DNA from: Gammaproteobacteria bacterium
Lineage (GTDB): Bacteria; Pseudomonadota; Gammaproteobacteria; Arenicellales; Poriferihabitantaceae
Reading direction: 5' to 3'
NCBI GenBank assembly: GCA_011088265.1
Contig: JAALKB010000001.1
Location: 107,576-165,452 of the forward strand
Length of the DNA stretch: 57,877 nucleotides
The notes beneath the pieces were generated by a model. It did not search any database. It was given only the letters and a program-made list of their open reading frames with translations, and was not told the DNA's origin. Made by a program: the position numbers and the translations under genes. Of this stretch, positions 1-11,286 are shown piece by piece. Numbering within the stretch: position 1 is the first letter of the stretch; every line of letters begins with the position of its first letter.

Positions 1-56
1 ACCGAATCAGAACCAAATTTCTTCTTAAACCGAATCAGAACCAAATTTCTTCTTAA
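1..56. repeat. perfect tandem duplication, 28 bp x 2 (may continue left of the window)
   Basis: accgaatcagaaccaaatttcttcttaa at 1-28 and again at 29-56. Confidence 0.95.
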
Positions 57-115
57 ATGGAGCAACTGTGGTAGTCTTAAAAAATTAACACTGATTTTCA
101 ACTGGTATAAACGAA

Positions 116-1045
116 TTGGCAGACAGAAGACTTCAGGTTTTTGCGACAGTGGCCAGGCTCTTGAGCTTTACCAAAGCAGCCGAATCCTTACATATGACTC
201 AGCCCGCAGTCACCTTTCAGATCAGGCAGTTAGAGGAGTACTTTAATACTCGGCTGTTTGACCGCACCCACAACCGAATTAATCTTACCGAGGCTGGTGA
301 ATTGGTGAAACGCTATGCCGATAACATCATCCTGCTCTATAGCGAGATGGACAACGAAGTCAGGACTCTAACCGGCGACGTCCAGGGGCCATTAATTGTG
401 GGAGCTAGCACCACCATTGGAGAATATTTCATCCCAGGAGTAATCGGCGCCTACCAATCCAACTTCCCAGACGTCAAGGTTCGGCTGAATGTGGCGAATA
501 CCAATGGCATTATCCATATGGTGGAGAACAATCAGATTGATATTGGTATTGTTGAGGGCCCGATTAATAACAAGAATCTCATTACTGATGTGGTTTGGGA
601 CGATGAGCTTGTGGTGGTTTGTCCCGCACAACATCCGTTAGCAGAGTTCAGTGAAATCGGTATTCCGGAGCTTATGAAGTATCCTTTCATTAGCCGTGAA
701 GAAGGCTCCGGGACTAGAGAGGTCGTTGAGAACTATCTACTGAAAAACGGCAGCACCATCGACAACCTTGATATCATTATGGAGTTTGGAAGCCCGGAAT
801 CCATTAAAAATGCAGTCGCAGCGGACCTTGGAATTTCTATTCTTTCTGTTGCCACCATGGAAAAAGAACTTGCATTGAACTCGCTTTGCGCAATCCCTCT
901 TGAATGTCCTATCAGGAGGCCCTTTTCAATTGTTCACCAACGACAAAAATTTCGGTTACGGGCAATGGATGAATTTCTTGAGTTCGCGCAAGCTCACTGT
1001 GAAAACCGGAAAAAGTTATTAAGGAAAACGATACCAAGCAGTTAG
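116..1045 (+). CDS. LysR-family transcriptional regulator
   Basis: 309-aa ORF with a TTG start. N-terminal wHTH signature (LQVFATVARLLSFTKAAESLHMTQPAVTFQIRQLE), followed by a LysR substrate-binding-type domain. Confidence 0.9.
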   Translation: MADRRLQVFATVARLLSFTKAAESLHMTQPAVTFQIRQLEEYFNTRLFDRTHNRINLTEAGELVKRYADNIILLYSEMDNEVRTLTGDVQGPLIVGASTTIGEYFIPGVIGAYQSNFPDVKVRLNVANTNGIIHMVENNQIDIGIVEGPINNKNLITDVVWDDELVVVCPAQHPLAEFSEIGIPELMKYPFISREEGSGTREVVENYLLKNGSTIDNLDIIMEFGSPESIKNAVAADLGISILSVATMEKELALNSLCAIPLECPIRRPFSIVHQRQKFRLRAMDEFLEFAQAHCENRKKLLRKTIPSS

Positions 1046-1145
1046 CACACGCCAAAAAACGTTAGTTTTCGGATCAATTGGCCATCACCTACTTTGGCAG
1101 CCAATTAGGCTTGTAATATTTTTGCCCAGCAAATAGGATAGGACC

Positions 1146-1652
1146 ATGTACTATGCTGGTTCAAAAAACAATCTGGATAAAGACGGCTATCGCCGTAATG
1201 TCGGTATCATTGTTTGTAACAGCGCAAGCCAGGTATTATGGGCAAGACGTATCCGCCACGATGGGTGGCAATTCCCCCAGGGAGGCATTGAACCAAGGGA
1301 GTCAGCAAAGGACGCTGCATTTCGCGAGTTATATGAAGAGATTGGCTTGGAGTCAAAAGATGTTCGGCTTTTGGGAAACACCATTAACTGGTTGCGTTAC
1401 GATGTTCCCTATGCCAATAGGATGCAACATCACAGGAGGAGAAAACAACAATTCAAGGGACAGAAACAAAGATGGTTCCTCTTTAAACTAACAGCAAAGG
1501 AATCATCAGTAAGGCTTGATCTATCGGAAAATCCGGAATTCGACCATTGGCAATGGATCGACTATTGGAGCCCAATTCACCATATTATCGATTTCAAGAA
1601 AAGTGTTTACAAGGAAGCATTGCGCGAACTAGAACCTTTGCTTTCTAAATAG
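1146..1652 (+). CDS. rppH: RNA pyrophosphohydrolase (NUDIX hydrolase)
   Basis: GYRRNVGIIVCN start and a Nudix box (GGIEPRESAKDAAFRELYEEIGL), typical of RppH/NudH. Confidence 0.88.
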   Translation: MYYAGSKNNLDKDGYRRNVGIIVCNSASQVLWARRIRHDGWQFPQGGIEPRESAKDAAFRELYEEIGLESKDVRLLGNTINWLRYDVPYANRMQHHRRRKQQFKGQKQRWFLFKLTAKESSVRLDLSENPEFDHWQWIDYWSPIHHIIDFKKSVYKEALRELEPLLSK

Positions 1653-1753
1653 AGAGCGAAAATAAACAGCACATCGCCCTACATATTGGACGCCAGGCAG
1701 ATTAGATGCCCAATTCCAAAAATGCGTCATCTCTTCTAAATCCTACTTACGCG

Positions 1754-3106
1754 CTACTCACCCGCCACAGTCATATTGTCGATCAGGATAGAACCTGTTC
1801 TGGTACTCCCCCTTAGATCGACATCCGAACCAATAGCCGCGAATCCACGAAACATATCGGTCAAATTCCCAGCAATAGTAAATTCCTGAACGGGATACTG
1901 GATCTCCCCATTCTCCACCCAAAACCCAAAAGCTCCCCTGGAATAATCGCCGGTTACGGTATTGACACCAAACCCAATGAGCTCACTTACGACCAACCCT
2001 CTCCCCATGGAACGGATTAACTCGTCAAGTCCCCCATCCGTACTATCGATGGTCAAATTATGGGTTCCTCCAGCATTAGCGGTTGATACAAGTCCAAGTT
2101 TACGAGCAGAGTAGCTACTTAAGACATAGTCTTCGAGCACCCCATTATTAACAATATCCCTGGGCGATGTAGCAATTCCTTCACTGTCGAATGCGGAACT
2201 ACCCGATGCTTTAAGAATATGGGGTTGTTCATGTATTCGTACATTATCGGGGAAAATTTGTTCTCCCTTCTGGTCTAACAGAAAGCTGGCCTTTCGATAT
2301 AGGCTTGAACCACTGATTGCTGAAACTAAATGTCCCAATAAACTGGAAGCAATCGAAGGTTCATAGATAACGGGATACTTTCCCGTTTTGATTTTTCTTG
2401 CTCCAAGGCGCCTAAGTGTGCGATTAGCCGCCTCCTTGCCCACTGATTCTACGGTCAGAAGATCTTTGGCATCTCTTTTCGAGTCATACCAGTAATCCCT
2501 TTGCATATCATTTCCTTCTCCACCGATTAAAGAACACCCCACGCTGTGTCGACTACTACGGGATAGTCCACGAAATCCGTGAGAGTTTGCGTAAAGGTCT
2601 ATTCCCGTATGACTGGAAATGGATGCGCCTTCTGTATTCGACACACGACTATCTGAAGAAAATGCTGCACTCTCACATCTCAATGCCATATCAATGGCCT
2701 CTTCCATCTCCAGTTCCCAGGGGTGATACAAATCCAGGTCAGGAAACTCAGTGGCCAATAGTTCTACGTCTGCCAAACCGTTATATTCATCTTCTTCAGT
2801 ATACTTCGCGATATTACAGGCGGACCGCACACTGGATTCAATCGCGGAGCGGGAAAAATCGGTGGTCGTTGCTGTGCCATTTCGATGCCCAAAATAGACC
2901 GAAATAGCTAAACTTTTATCCCTATTGCGTTCCACAGTTTCAACATCACCATTACGCACAGTGACGGACATTCCCTGACCCTTTCCAATAGACATCTCCG
3001 CCATGGTGGCACCAAATGATTTCGCAATTTCCAAAGCCAATTCGGTCACGTCAAGCAGCGTATTCTCAGTTTGGTTTCCCGGCTTTAGATTCCAACTCTC
3101 GCTCAT
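1754..3106 (-). CDS. pmbA: metalloprotease PmbA (TldE)
   Basis: 450 aa of the PmbA/TldD family. Overlaps the upstream tldD stop by 4 nt, the conserved pairing. Confidence 0.9.
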   Translation of the reverse strand: MSESWNLKPGNQTENTLLDVTELALEIAKSFGATMAEMSIGKGQGMSVTVRNGDVETVERNRDKSLAISVYFGHRNGTATTTDFSRSAIESSVRSACNIAKYTEEDEYNGLADVELLATEFPDLDLYHPWELEMEEAIDMALRCESAAFSSDSRVSNTEGASISSHTGIDLYANSHGFRGLSRSSRHSVGCSLIGGEGNDMQRDYWYDSKRDAKDLLTVESVGKEAANRTLRRLGARKIKTGKYPVIYEPSIASSLLGHLVSAISGSSLYRKASFLLDQKGEQIFPDNVRIHEQPHILKASGSSAFDSEGIATSPRDIVNNGVLEDYVLSSYSARKLGLVSTANAGGTHNLTIDSTDGGLDELIRSMGRGLVVSELIGFGVNTVTGDYSRGAFGFWVENGEIQYPVQEFTIAGNLTDMFRGFAAIGSDVDLRGSTRTGSILIDNMTVAGE

Positions 3107-4551
3107 AGTGATACTCCACCCACAGTTAATCCATCAATTCTCATGGTGGGTTGTCCAACTCCTACCGGTACACTTTGTCCTTCCTTTCCACAGGATCCTA
3201 CTCCGCTGTCCAGTTTCATGTCATTTCCCAACATCGAAACCCGATTCAGAACATCTGGACCATTTCCTATTAAAGTAGCTCCCTTTACTGGCATAGTTAT
3301 TTTCCCCTTTTCTACCATATAAGCTTCAGAGGCGGTAAACACAAACTTACCAGAGGTGATATCCACCTGTCCGCCGCCAAAATTTACAGCATACAATCCT
3401 TTATCAATAGACTGAATAATTTCCTCAGGATCATGGTTGCCTGAATGCATATAGGTATTCGTCATTCTTGGCATCGGCAAATGGGCATATGATTCTCTTC
3501 TCCCATTGCCAGTGGGTTGCATACCCATCAGTCTGGCATTAAGTTGGTCCTGCATATAACCTTTAAGTATGCCTTTCTCAATTAGAACGGTGTTCTGAGT
3601 AGGCTCCCCTTCATCGTCGATAGATAAGGATCCTCTTCTGCCTCCCAGGGTCCCATCATCAACCACTGTACACAACTCTGATGCCACACGCTCTCCAATT
3701 CGACCACTGAAAACGGATGATCCTTTCCTGTTGAAGTCGCCTTCCAGTCCATGGCCGATAGCCTCGTGTAACAAAATACCAGGCCAGCCTGGGCCGAGAA
3801 CAACATTCATCTCTCCTGCCGGTGTATCGACGGCTTCCAGGTTTACGAGCGCCTGCCTCACCGCCTCTCTTGCATATTCATGGGCACAGCCATTCTCAAG
3901 GAAACACTTGTAATCTGTCCGACCACCTCCTCCGGCAGAGCCCTGTTCCCTACGCCCTTTGGAATCAACGATAACGCTAACGTTCATCCTCACCAGAGGT
4001 CGAATATCCACCGCCATTTCTCCATTCGACCGCACAACCAGAATAACATCGTGGACACCAGCCAAGCTCACGCTTACCTGAGAAACCCGCTGGTCAGTGT
4101 CTCTCGCCACTTGCTCCACTTCCTTTATTAAAGATACCTTCTCATCATCGCTTATGACATCCAGAGGATTATGTGTCGGATAAAATCGCTTGACTTCACT
4201 ACTATGGGCTTTGATCTGCACAATATCATTATCGCTGCCAGACTTCGCAATGGACCTTGCCGCTCTTGCGGCATCCATGAGTGCAGGCAATATAATCTCA
4301 TCAGAATAAGCAAAACCCGTTTTGTCCTGACTAACAGCTCGAATACCTACTCCTTGCTCAATGCCACAGCTACCTGACTTAACAGTACCCTCATCCAAAG
4401 ACCAGGATTCATGTCGTGAGTATTGAAAGTATAGATCGGCATAATCGATCTCAGCGCCATTTAGCAACCCCAGTGTTTTACCAATTTGCTGATCATCCAA
4501 ACCAGTTGGCTCCAACAATAATCGCCTGGCGACGGAAAAGTGATCTGACAT
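3103..4551 (-). CDS. tldD: metalloprotease TldD
   Basis: 482 aa. Contains the HEAIGHGLE zinc-binding motif characteristic of TldD. Confidence 0.92.
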   Translation of the reverse strand: MSDHFSVARRLLLEPTGLDDQQIGKTLGLLNGAEIDYADLYFQYSRHESWSLDEGTVKSGSCGIEQGVGIRAVSQDKTGFAYSDEIILPALMDAARAARSIAKSGSDNDIVQIKAHSSEVKRFYPTHNPLDVISDDEKVSLIKEVEQVARDTDQRVSQVSVSLAGVHDVILVVRSNGEMAVDIRPLVRMNVSVIVDSKGRREQGSAGGGGRTDYKCFLENGCAHEYAREAVRQALVNLEAVDTPAGEMNVVLGPGWPGILLHEAIGHGLEGDFNRKGSSVFSGRIGERVASELCTVVDDGTLGGRRGSLSIDDEGEPTQNTVLIEKGILKGYMQDQLNARLMGMQPTGNGRRESYAHLPMPRMTNTYMHSGNHDPEEIIQSIDKGLYAVNFGGGQVDITSGKFVFTASEAYMVEKGKITMPVKGATLIGNGPDVLNRVSMLGNDMKLDSGVGSCGKEGQSVPVGVGQPTMRIDGLTVGGVSL

Positions 4552-4667
4552 TATCTCTTTTTTAATTAATTCAGGTGTTATTCGAAGGGGTATTGTAGCT
4601 CCACATAACCCCGATAGATACCACGACTAATGAGAATGAGGAAGGGAGGGTTTCTGGCGAGAGACAG

Positions 4668-5492
4668 CTAAAAAAGCTCAGGTCTACGGTGGCTAAGACT
4701 TGGCAGACTGCTCCGGATTCGGGACAGATAGGGTAAATCGATGTCCGCTGTGAGGAGACCACACTCCTCCTTCATATTACCCAAAACACGTCCCCATGGA
4801 TCAATGATCACAGATCGTCCATGGGGTTTTCGGCCATTGGGATGAACCCCTGTTTGCGCTGGGGCAACCACGTAGCAGGTGTTTTCTATCGCTCTTGCCT
4901 GCAATAGAGGAAGCCAATGGGCTTCTCCTGTGGTATTTGAAAACGCGGAAGGAACAATCAGAATTTCAGCTCCAAGACCCACTAATTTTCGGTACATCTC
5001 AGGAAATCGGAGGTCATAGCAAATACTCAACCCCACTTTTCCAAAAGGAGTGTCCACTACCTTGATTTCCTCACCGGGCTGGGTATAGGACGATTCAAGA
5101 TATTTTTCTTCCACGGATAAAACCACATCAAAAAGATGAATCTTGTCATATCGTGCTACCCGGTTACCATCCTGGTTGAAAACCAGCATGGTATTCGTTA
5201 TTCGACCGGGATCACTGGTTCTAAAAGGAAGACTGCCTGCAAAGATCCAGATACCATAACGGGCTGAGGCTGAACTCAAAAAATCCTGAATTTGTCCGCC
5301 GGCATCTCTTTCTGCAAATTGAAATAGCTGATCCCTACTACTTTGCATAAAAGCGAAACATTCGGGCAAAAAAACTGCCACGCTTTGTTTTGCGACGGCC
5401 AAACGAAGGTATTCGTTTATCTGTTTCAGATTCTGACTGATATCGTCTCCGGAATTAACCTGGACAACAGCCAAACGCGCCTTATCTGACAA
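4668..5492 (-). CDS. carbon-nitrogen hydrolase (nitrilase superfamily)
   Basis: 274 aa. The Glu/Lys/Cys triad contexts are visible (FLPECF, YDKIHLFD, SICYDLRFPE). Confidence 0.85.
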   Translation of the reverse strand: MSDKARLAVVQVNSGDDISQNLKQINEYLRLAVAKQSVAVFLPECFAFMQSSRDQLFQFAERDAGGQIQDFLSSASARYGIWIFAGSLPFRTSDPGRITNTMLVFNQDGNRVARYDKIHLFDVVLSVEEKYLESSYTQPGEEIKVVDTPFGKVGLSICYDLRFPEMYRKLVGLGAEILIVPSAFSNTTGEAHWLPLLQARAIENTCYVVAPAQTGVHPNGRKPHGRSVIIDPWGRVLGNMKEECGLLTADIDLPYLSRIRSSLPSLSHRRPELF

Positions 5493-5572
5493 AAGAAAAG
5501 TCTAAATAAAAACCACATGCTGCAAACGAAACAGCTGACTTCATCCGTCTACGATATCAGAAGAAGATAAAA

Positions 5573-6076
5573 CTATAAGGTATAAAAGTAGTGGCTACCG
5601 ACCTTGCCCACCAGAGTCTGCGTTGAGGCCCAATATGGCTCAACATTCTCCGCATGGTAATGAGTGGCATGGCCAATCTTCCACAGTTTTGCTCCATCCA
5701 GAAATAATCGAGCGGTAGTTAGAGCCACATCCCACGATTCAAAATTTCTGATAACATGGTGTCTAGCAGCTATTTGGGTCCAGCTGAACTGTTTTCTCTG
5801 CCAAACCACCTCGCAAACCGTGTCGGGATAGTCCGGGTTGGAAACGCGGTTCATTGTTACTGCAGCGATGGCCGCACGACCTTTAGGAGACTCACCACGT
5901 CCTTCATGGTAAATATTCATTGCGAGACAACCAATTTCCTGTCCTCTTGGAGGATTGGAAAAATCAAAATTTTTAGTGTGATCAAAATTCACGGCGTGCG
6001 CTGAATTTAAACTGACCATTCCAATTGCGATGGAAAAACCTATCCACCTTGCAACCAAATACAATTTTGTCAACAT
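5573..6076 (-). CDS. secreted SleB-like cell-wall hydrolase
   Basis: N-terminal signal-like segment, then the SleB-type core (NIYHEGRGES...AVTMNRV...VCEVVWQRKQFSW). Confidence 0.78.
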   Translation of the reverse strand: MLTKLYLVARWIGFSIAIGMVSLNSAHAVNFDHTKNFDFSNPPRGQEIGCLAMNIYHEGRGESPKGRAAIAAVTMNRVSNPDYPDTVCEVVWQRKQFSWTQIAARHHVIRNFESWDVALTTARLFLDGAKLWKIGHATHYHAENVEPYWASTQTLVGKVGSHYFYTL

Positions 6077-6334
6077 GATTTAATACCGTTTATTTGAAAA
6101 AAAATAGTGGTAAATATGAACTCATATTACCATAAGTTTTGCATAATTAAACGACGTATCTCCATATTTCACAAATTTAGCACTTTTATCAGCAAATTCA
6201 ACGGAATTTATGGATATAAAAAACTGCGTCCTACCAAATCCCGCCAATCCTTTTTATCTAATATGGTGTATTACACCATTGCAAGAGAACGAAAAATGAA
6301 GTGTGCGCTGGGCCGTAGAAATAGGTAAAAATAC

Positions 6335-7909
6335 CTAGAACTCCCGAGTCGAACGAAACTCAACGTCGGGCCATCGATCCATAGCCAAATGCAAGTTAGC
6401 TCGATTGGGTGCAATATAAGCCAACGTATTCAGCCCATCTAACGCTAGATTCTGCTCATTTCGACGCCTAAACTCGCTTTCAATTTTAGGATCCTTGAAT
6501 TCAATCCAGCGGGCAGTCGTCACCGGGACTGCTTCAAATCTACAATCCACGCTGTACTCTGTTTTAAGACGGTGGGCCACCACATCAAACTGCAATACAC
6601 CCACAGCCCCAAGTACCAGGTCATTACTGGAGAATGGACGAAAGACCTGAGTCGCTCCTTCTTCGCTTAGTTGAATCAATCCCTTTTGTAGGGCTTTCGC
6701 TCGCAGCGGATCTGCCAATCTGACTCTTCGGAATAATTCAGGTGCAAAATTTGGGATACCTGTGAACTTGAGCTCTTCACCCTCCGTAAACGTATCCCCA
6801 ATCTGGATAGTGCCATGATTATGCAGGCCGAGAATATCCCCTGCAAAAGCTTCTTCTGCATTTCCTCTTCTGGCTGCCATAAATGTATGGGCATTATGCA
6901 CTGTCATGTTCTTACCCGTTCTCACATGGCGCACTTTCATCCCTTTATCAAATCGCCCGGAAGTGATTCTCAGAAAGGCAACCCGATCATGGTGCGATGG
7001 ATCCATATTGGCTTGAATCTTAAACACGAAACCGCTGAATTTTGACTCTTCTGCTGCTACCGTCCTGGCATCGGTTTTCCGGGGCTGTGGAGAGGGTGCG
7101 AATTCCACAAAATTGTCCATTAGTTCATCGGTACCCAGTCTATTCAGGGCCGAGCCAAAAAACACCGGCGCCAACCTGCCACCAAGGTATTCCTCTTGAT
7201 CAAACTCATGGCTTGCCCCTTGCACCAATTCGATTTCATCTCGCAGCTGACCGGCCAAAATACCAATGTGTTGATCAAGCTCTTCACTATCTAGCCCTTC
7301 AATAAATACATCGTTCTCCAAACCACCACGACCAGAGAAAAGGTGCACCACATCATCATATAGTCGATATACCCCAACAAATGCCTTACCCATACCAACA
7401 GGCCACGTCATTGGGGCACAACTAATTTTCAAGACATCCTCAATTTCGTCCAGAATATCGATGGGGTCCTGGCCTTCCCGATCCATTTTGTTTACGAAGG
7501 TCATGATTGGCGTATCCCTCAATCGGCAAACCTCCATCAGTTTTACTGTTCGATCTTCGACGCCTTTAGCGATATCGATAACCATTAAGGCGGAGTCCAC
7601 GGCAGTTAAAGTTCGATAGGTATCTTCCGAAAAATCAGCATGACCAGGAGTATCTAACAGGTTAATCGTACGTTCCTTGTATGGAAACTGCATTACGGAA
7701 GAAGTAACAGAAATACCCCTTTGTTTTTCCAATTCCATCCAATCCGAGGTGGCATGACGGTCGCTTTTTCTTCCTTTGACTGTGCCTGCAACCTGAATTG
7801 CGCCACCGTATTGTAATAAGCGCTCTGTCAGTGTTGTCTTACCAGCATCAGGGTGAGAAATAATGGCGAAAGTGCGTCGTTGCTGAATCTCTTCTAACAA
7901 ATTGCTCAT
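6335..7909 (-). CDS. prfC: peptide chain release factor 3
   Basis: 524 aa. GTPase G1 motif [15 protein letters not shown] and DTPGHADF, with full-length RF3 architecture. Confidence 0.95.
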   Translation of the reverse strand: MSNLLEEIQQRRTFAIISHPDAGKTTLTERLLQYGGAIQVAGTVKGRKSDRHATSDWMELEKQRGISVTSSVMQFPYKERTINLLDTPGHADFSEDTYRTLTAVDSALMVIDIAKGVEDRTVKLMEVCRLRDTPIMTFVNKMDREGQDPIDILDEIEDVLKISCAPMTWPVGMGKAFVGVYRLYDDVVHLFSGRGGLENDVFIEGLDSEELDQHIGILAGQLRDEIELVQGASHEFDQEEYLGGRLAPVFFGSALNRLGTDELMDNFVEFAPSPQPRKTDARTVAAEESKFSGFVFKIQANMDPSHHDRVAFLRITSGRFDKGMKVRHVRTGKNMTVHNAHTFMAARRGNAEEAFAGDILGLHNHGTIQIGDTFTEGEELKFTGIPNFAPELFRRVRLADPLRAKALQKGLIQLSEEGATQVFRPFSSNDLVLGAVGVLQFDVVAHRLKTEYSVDCRFEAVPVTTARWIEFKDPKIESEFRRRNEQNLALDGLNTLAYIAPNRANLHLAMDRWPDVEFRSTREF

Positions 7910-7959
7910 GCTTGGTTTCTTTTTGCGAAAATATCGAACAGGACCATTCTAAATCCGGT

Positions 7960-8023
7960 GGGGCGCGATTATACGTTTAAATACCTCTAATCGGCATCCC
8001 ATTTAGATGTAAAATCGCGCCCC
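7960..8023. repeat. long nested inverted repeat in the prfC/uup divergent spacer
   Basis: GGGGCGCGATT (7960-7970) pairs with AATCGCGCCCC (8013-8023). The inner arms ACGTTTAAAT / ATTTAGATGT match at 8 of 10 positions. Confidence 0.85.
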
Positions 8024-8068
8024 TGGACATACCCTATGTATTGACAATCCTTTATTCGTTAACCCCTA

Positions 8069-9967
8069 ATGGCTTTACTGAAACTTACTGACATCTCAAT
8101 CGCATTCGGTGATCATGAACTGCTTGACAACGCCAACCTGACGATAGATTCCGGACAACGAATTGGTTTGCTGGGCAGAAACGGGGAGGGTAAATCAACG
8201 TTACTTAGGCTCATCAACGGTGAAATAAAACCTGACAATGGAGAAATTCGCTACCAGGTCGGTAGCACTATCGCCTCCCTGGAGCAGACTCCAGGGATGG
8301 CACAGGAGTCCACTGTGTTTGATGTTGTCGCTTCGGGTTTGGGATCCGTAGGAGAATGGATTTCAGAATATCAATCAATCTCGATTGCCAGAGATGATCA
8401 CGCCAGGGGCGATCATGAACTTACCATGCATAGGCTAGCTGAGCTGCAACAAAAGCTGGAAGCCTGTGATGGCTGGAATCTCTCCGGCAATGTGGAAAAA
8501 ACGCTTAGCCGACTGAGTCTACCATCCCAGGAGATGGTTAATTCACTCTCTGGGGGCTGGCAACGGCGAGTCTCTCTGGCAAGAGCACTGGTAAGCGATC
8601 CGCAGATTCTTTTACTTGATGAACCTACAAACCATCTCGATACCGACACCATTATCTGGCTTGAGAAACAGATCAGGCAATTCAAGGGCGCTATTTTGTT
8701 TGTCACCCACGATAGGGAATTTCTACAGAATGTGGCAACGGATATCGTCGACCTGGAAAGAGGCAAGCTGACAAAATGGGCAGGCACCTACGACGACTAC
8801 CTACGGCGCAAACAAGCATCCATGGAACAGGAAGCCCGGCAACACGCCGAATTTGACAAAAAGCTCGCTAGTGAAGAAATATGGATACGTCAGGGGATCA
8901 AGGCAAGGCGTACCCGGAATGAAGGACGGGTTCGTTCCCTGCAAAAAATGCGCGAACATAGATCGGCGCGTCGAAATAGAAAAGGCAATGTCAAACTTGA
9001 AATTGACAAATCCTCCAACAGTGGTAAATTGGTAATTGAAGCAAAAAACATTAGTCACACCTATGTAGACAAGACCATTATTAGCGATTTCTCCACACGT
9101 ATTTTACGTGGGGATCGAATTGGGCTTATCGGACCGAATGGAGTTGGAAAAACAACGCTACTTAAGATCTTGCTAGGGGAGCTAGAGGCAGAACGAGGAA
9201 CCATCAAGCATGGGACAAAGCTCGAAGTCGCCTATTTCGACCAACTCCGCAGTCAGATAAATCTAGATCAAACAGTAATAGATGTAATTGGTCAGGGCCG
9301 GGACCAAATTACCATTAACGGAAAATCAAAACACGTTATCAGCTACCTCTCCGATTTTCTTTTCACCCCTGCACGGTCACGATCTCCAGTCAGTAGTTTA
9401 TCTGGCGGAGAAAAAGCAAGAGTATTACTGGCGAAACTATTCAGCAAACCAACCAATGTGCTTGTCATGGACGAACCAACCAATGATCTCGACATTGAAA
9501 CCCTCGAATTATTGGAAGAACTATTATTACAATTCGAGGGGACATTACTTTTAGTCAGTCACGATAGAAAATTCATGGATAACGTTATCACCAGCTCGTT
9601 TTCATTTGAAGGAGATGGAAAAGTCAATGAATACATAGGCGGTTACTCGGAGTGGTTGAGTCAGGTTACCCAAAAACCGGAAACAACTCCAGCCAGCAAT
9701 TCGAAATCCATTTCCACAAAAAACATTAGCAAAACCACGACGGCTGGGAGGAAAAAATTGAGCTATAACGACCAGCGAGAGCTTGCTGGACTCCCAGAAA
9801 AAATCGAAAAATTGGAAAAACGACAAGAACTGCTAACCGAAACAACATCTGATGCTAGCTTCTATCAGCTTCCGCAAATGGAAGTATCAAGGGCTCTCCA
9901 GGAGCTCAAGGAAATCGGCGAGTCTCTGGATCAGTGTTATGAAAGATGGTCTGAACTGGATTCCTGA
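8069..9967 (+). CDS. uup: ABC-F family ATPase (Uup-like)
   Basis: 632 aa. Two ABC cassettes (GRNGEGKST/LSGGWQRR and GPNGVGKTT/LSGGEKAR), a charged linker and a C-terminal coiled-coil tail. No transmembrane domain. Confidence 0.85.
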   Translation: MALLKLTDISIAFGDHELLDNANLTIDSGQRIGLLGRNGEGKSTLLRLINGEIKPDNGEIRYQVGSTIASLEQTPGMAQESTVFDVVASGLGSVGEWISEYQSISIARDDHARGDHELTMHRLAELQQKLEACDGWNLSGNVEKTLSRLSLPSQEMVNSLSGGWQRRVSLARALVSDPQILLLDEPTNHLDTDTIIWLEKQIRQFKGAILFVTHDREFLQNVATDIVDLERGKLTKWAGTYDDYLRRKQASMEQEARQHAEFDKKLASEEIWIRQGIKARRTRNEGRVRSLQKMREHRSARRNRKGNVKLEIDKSSNSGKLVIEAKNISHTYVDKTIISDFSTRILRGDRIGLIGPNGVGKTTLLKILLGELEAERGTIKHGTKLEVAYFDQLRSQINLDQTVIDVIGQGRDQITINGKSKHVISYLSDFLFTPARSRSPVSSLSGGEKARVLLAKLFSKPTNVLVMDEPTNDLDIETLELLEELLLQFEGTLLLVSHDRKFMDNVITSSFSFEGDGKVNEYIGGYSEWLSQVTQKPETTPASNSKSISTKNISKTTTAGRKKLSYNDQRELAGLPEKIEKLEKRQELLTETTSDASFYQLPQMEVSRALQELKEIGESLDQCYERWSELDS

Positions 9968-10010
9968 AGCGGGTAGATCCAACCAACTTTTTGCCAGTTG
10001 TTATACTAGG

Positions 10011-10892
10011 TTATTCAACAAAAGTCCGATCCAGCCATCCGCTTACCAGTTCGATCATTTGGTCTCCCTTTCCGGTGAAATAGTGATCAGCTCCCTCAAC
10101 AGATATTTGCTCAGAGTACTTATTTCCACCTTGATCTAACATCTTCCTACGTTCGGGCACCATTGCTAACGGCCTTGGGAATTCATCCGCACCATAAATA
10201 TCAAGCACTGGAACATTTATGTCAGCCAATGGGAAAGGTGTTTTCAGTTCTTGCCCCGCATCAGTTGCTCCTAGCCCCATCGCAACATATCCTTTGATCA
10301 AAGCATTTCCATTTGCATTCAACCAGTCATTCGTCATATGAGCGCCGCAGCTATGGGCCGCCAGAACAATCACGTCATGCCCTTCTTTCTTCAAAAAATC
10401 AATGGCTGTTTTGATTCTCTCGTGAGCATAGGACAATATGGGCAAATAGTCGTAATAGGTTTTTCCTTTTTCGAGCACAGGCATTTGAATCGCCAACGTA
10501 CTCCACCCCCTTTCTGACAACCCGACCCTTAACGGACCAATCAGATTTTGTTCTTCCGGATTAACATCTCTCCCATGCATGAGAACAACCGCTCCCACAG
10601 GATTATCTAAAGGGACATAGATGGAGAGGAAATCGTGGTCATTACCATGAAGCCATACCACTTCACCGTCAAAAAGTCCCGGCTCGATTTGTTCGGAAAT
10701 TCGAGCTTCACGCTCGAAATCAGGTGAAGAGGTAGCAGCTCCTTCTATAGCGAAACAGGAAAGGCAGAAAATCAACAGGAACTGCCATCGGCCAGGTTTT
10801 GTTTTTGCTAAAACCTTTGTTGTAGTTGTCGTTTTGATTGTCGTTGCGGTTATCATTTTGAATTTATTTCTGTCTGAGGAGAATAGAGCCAT
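10011..10892 (-). CDS. secreted alpha/beta-hydrolase-fold protein (DUF3530-like)
   Basis: 293 aa. Thr/Lys-rich N-terminus plus a hydrophobic segment. The nucleophile elbow is degenerate (AAHSCGA). Confidence 0.6.
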   Translation of the reverse strand: MALFSSDRNKFKMITATTIKTTTTTKVLAKTKPGRWQFLLIFCLSCFAIEGAATSSPDFEREARISEQIEPGLFDGEVVWLHGNDHDFLSIYVPLDNPVGAVVLMHGRDVNPEEQNLIGPLRVGLSERGWSTLAIQMPVLEKGKTYYDYLPILSYAHERIKTAIDFLKKEGHDVIVLAAHSCGAHMTNDWLNANGNALIKGYVAMGLGATDAGQELKTPFPLADINVPVLDIYGADEFPRPLAMVPERRKMLDQGGNKYSEQISVEGADHYFTGKGDQMIELVSGWLDRTFVE

Positions 10893-11258
10893 CGTAAAGC
10901 CAAAAGATAGAGCTAAAAAACGGCCACGTAATCTCTAATTCATATTAAGCCAGTATCGATCCAATACCGGAATTTTGCATTTGGTGCAAAGTGCTTTGGC
11001 ACGCATATCCCAAAATCCATATGATTGGCGGCCAATCTACCCAGCATGGCAAACACTAATAACCTCTTTGCGATATTCAAATCCCGTAAGCACTGGCTGA
11101 TAATTAGTCCCTCAACAAGCATGGTGCGAGTGGTTAGGCTTCATGTTCATTCTATCGGCCCATGCCGATTGATGTTGAGTTGTTGGTTTCGGTTTTGTTC
11201 AGTTCGTTAATTTCCACAGATTAGAAATCCGTTATCACTCCATTATCCTATATCTTGT

Positions 11259-11286
11259 GCGCTCGCCATTTACGAGCGCTTTTTTT
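11259..11286 (+). terminator. rho-independent terminator with no annotated plus-strand gene upstream
   Basis: GCGCTCG-ccattta-CGAGCGC followed by seven T. The T-run overlaps the stop codon of the minus-strand TrpD-like gene. Confidence 0.6.

Noticed and set aside
1076-1088. 13-mer caattggccatca shared between the lysR-rppH spacer and the tusA leader (27357-27369)
   Set aside because: With about 58 kb compared against itself, tens of shared 13-mers are expected by chance. There is no extended similarity around the match.
11025-11210. 61-aa plus-strand ORF and 60-aa minus-strand ORF (10940-11122) in the gene-less region
   Set aside because: Neither has an RBS or recognisable motifs, and both have odd composition. 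The region is treated as a candidate non-coding RNA locus instead.
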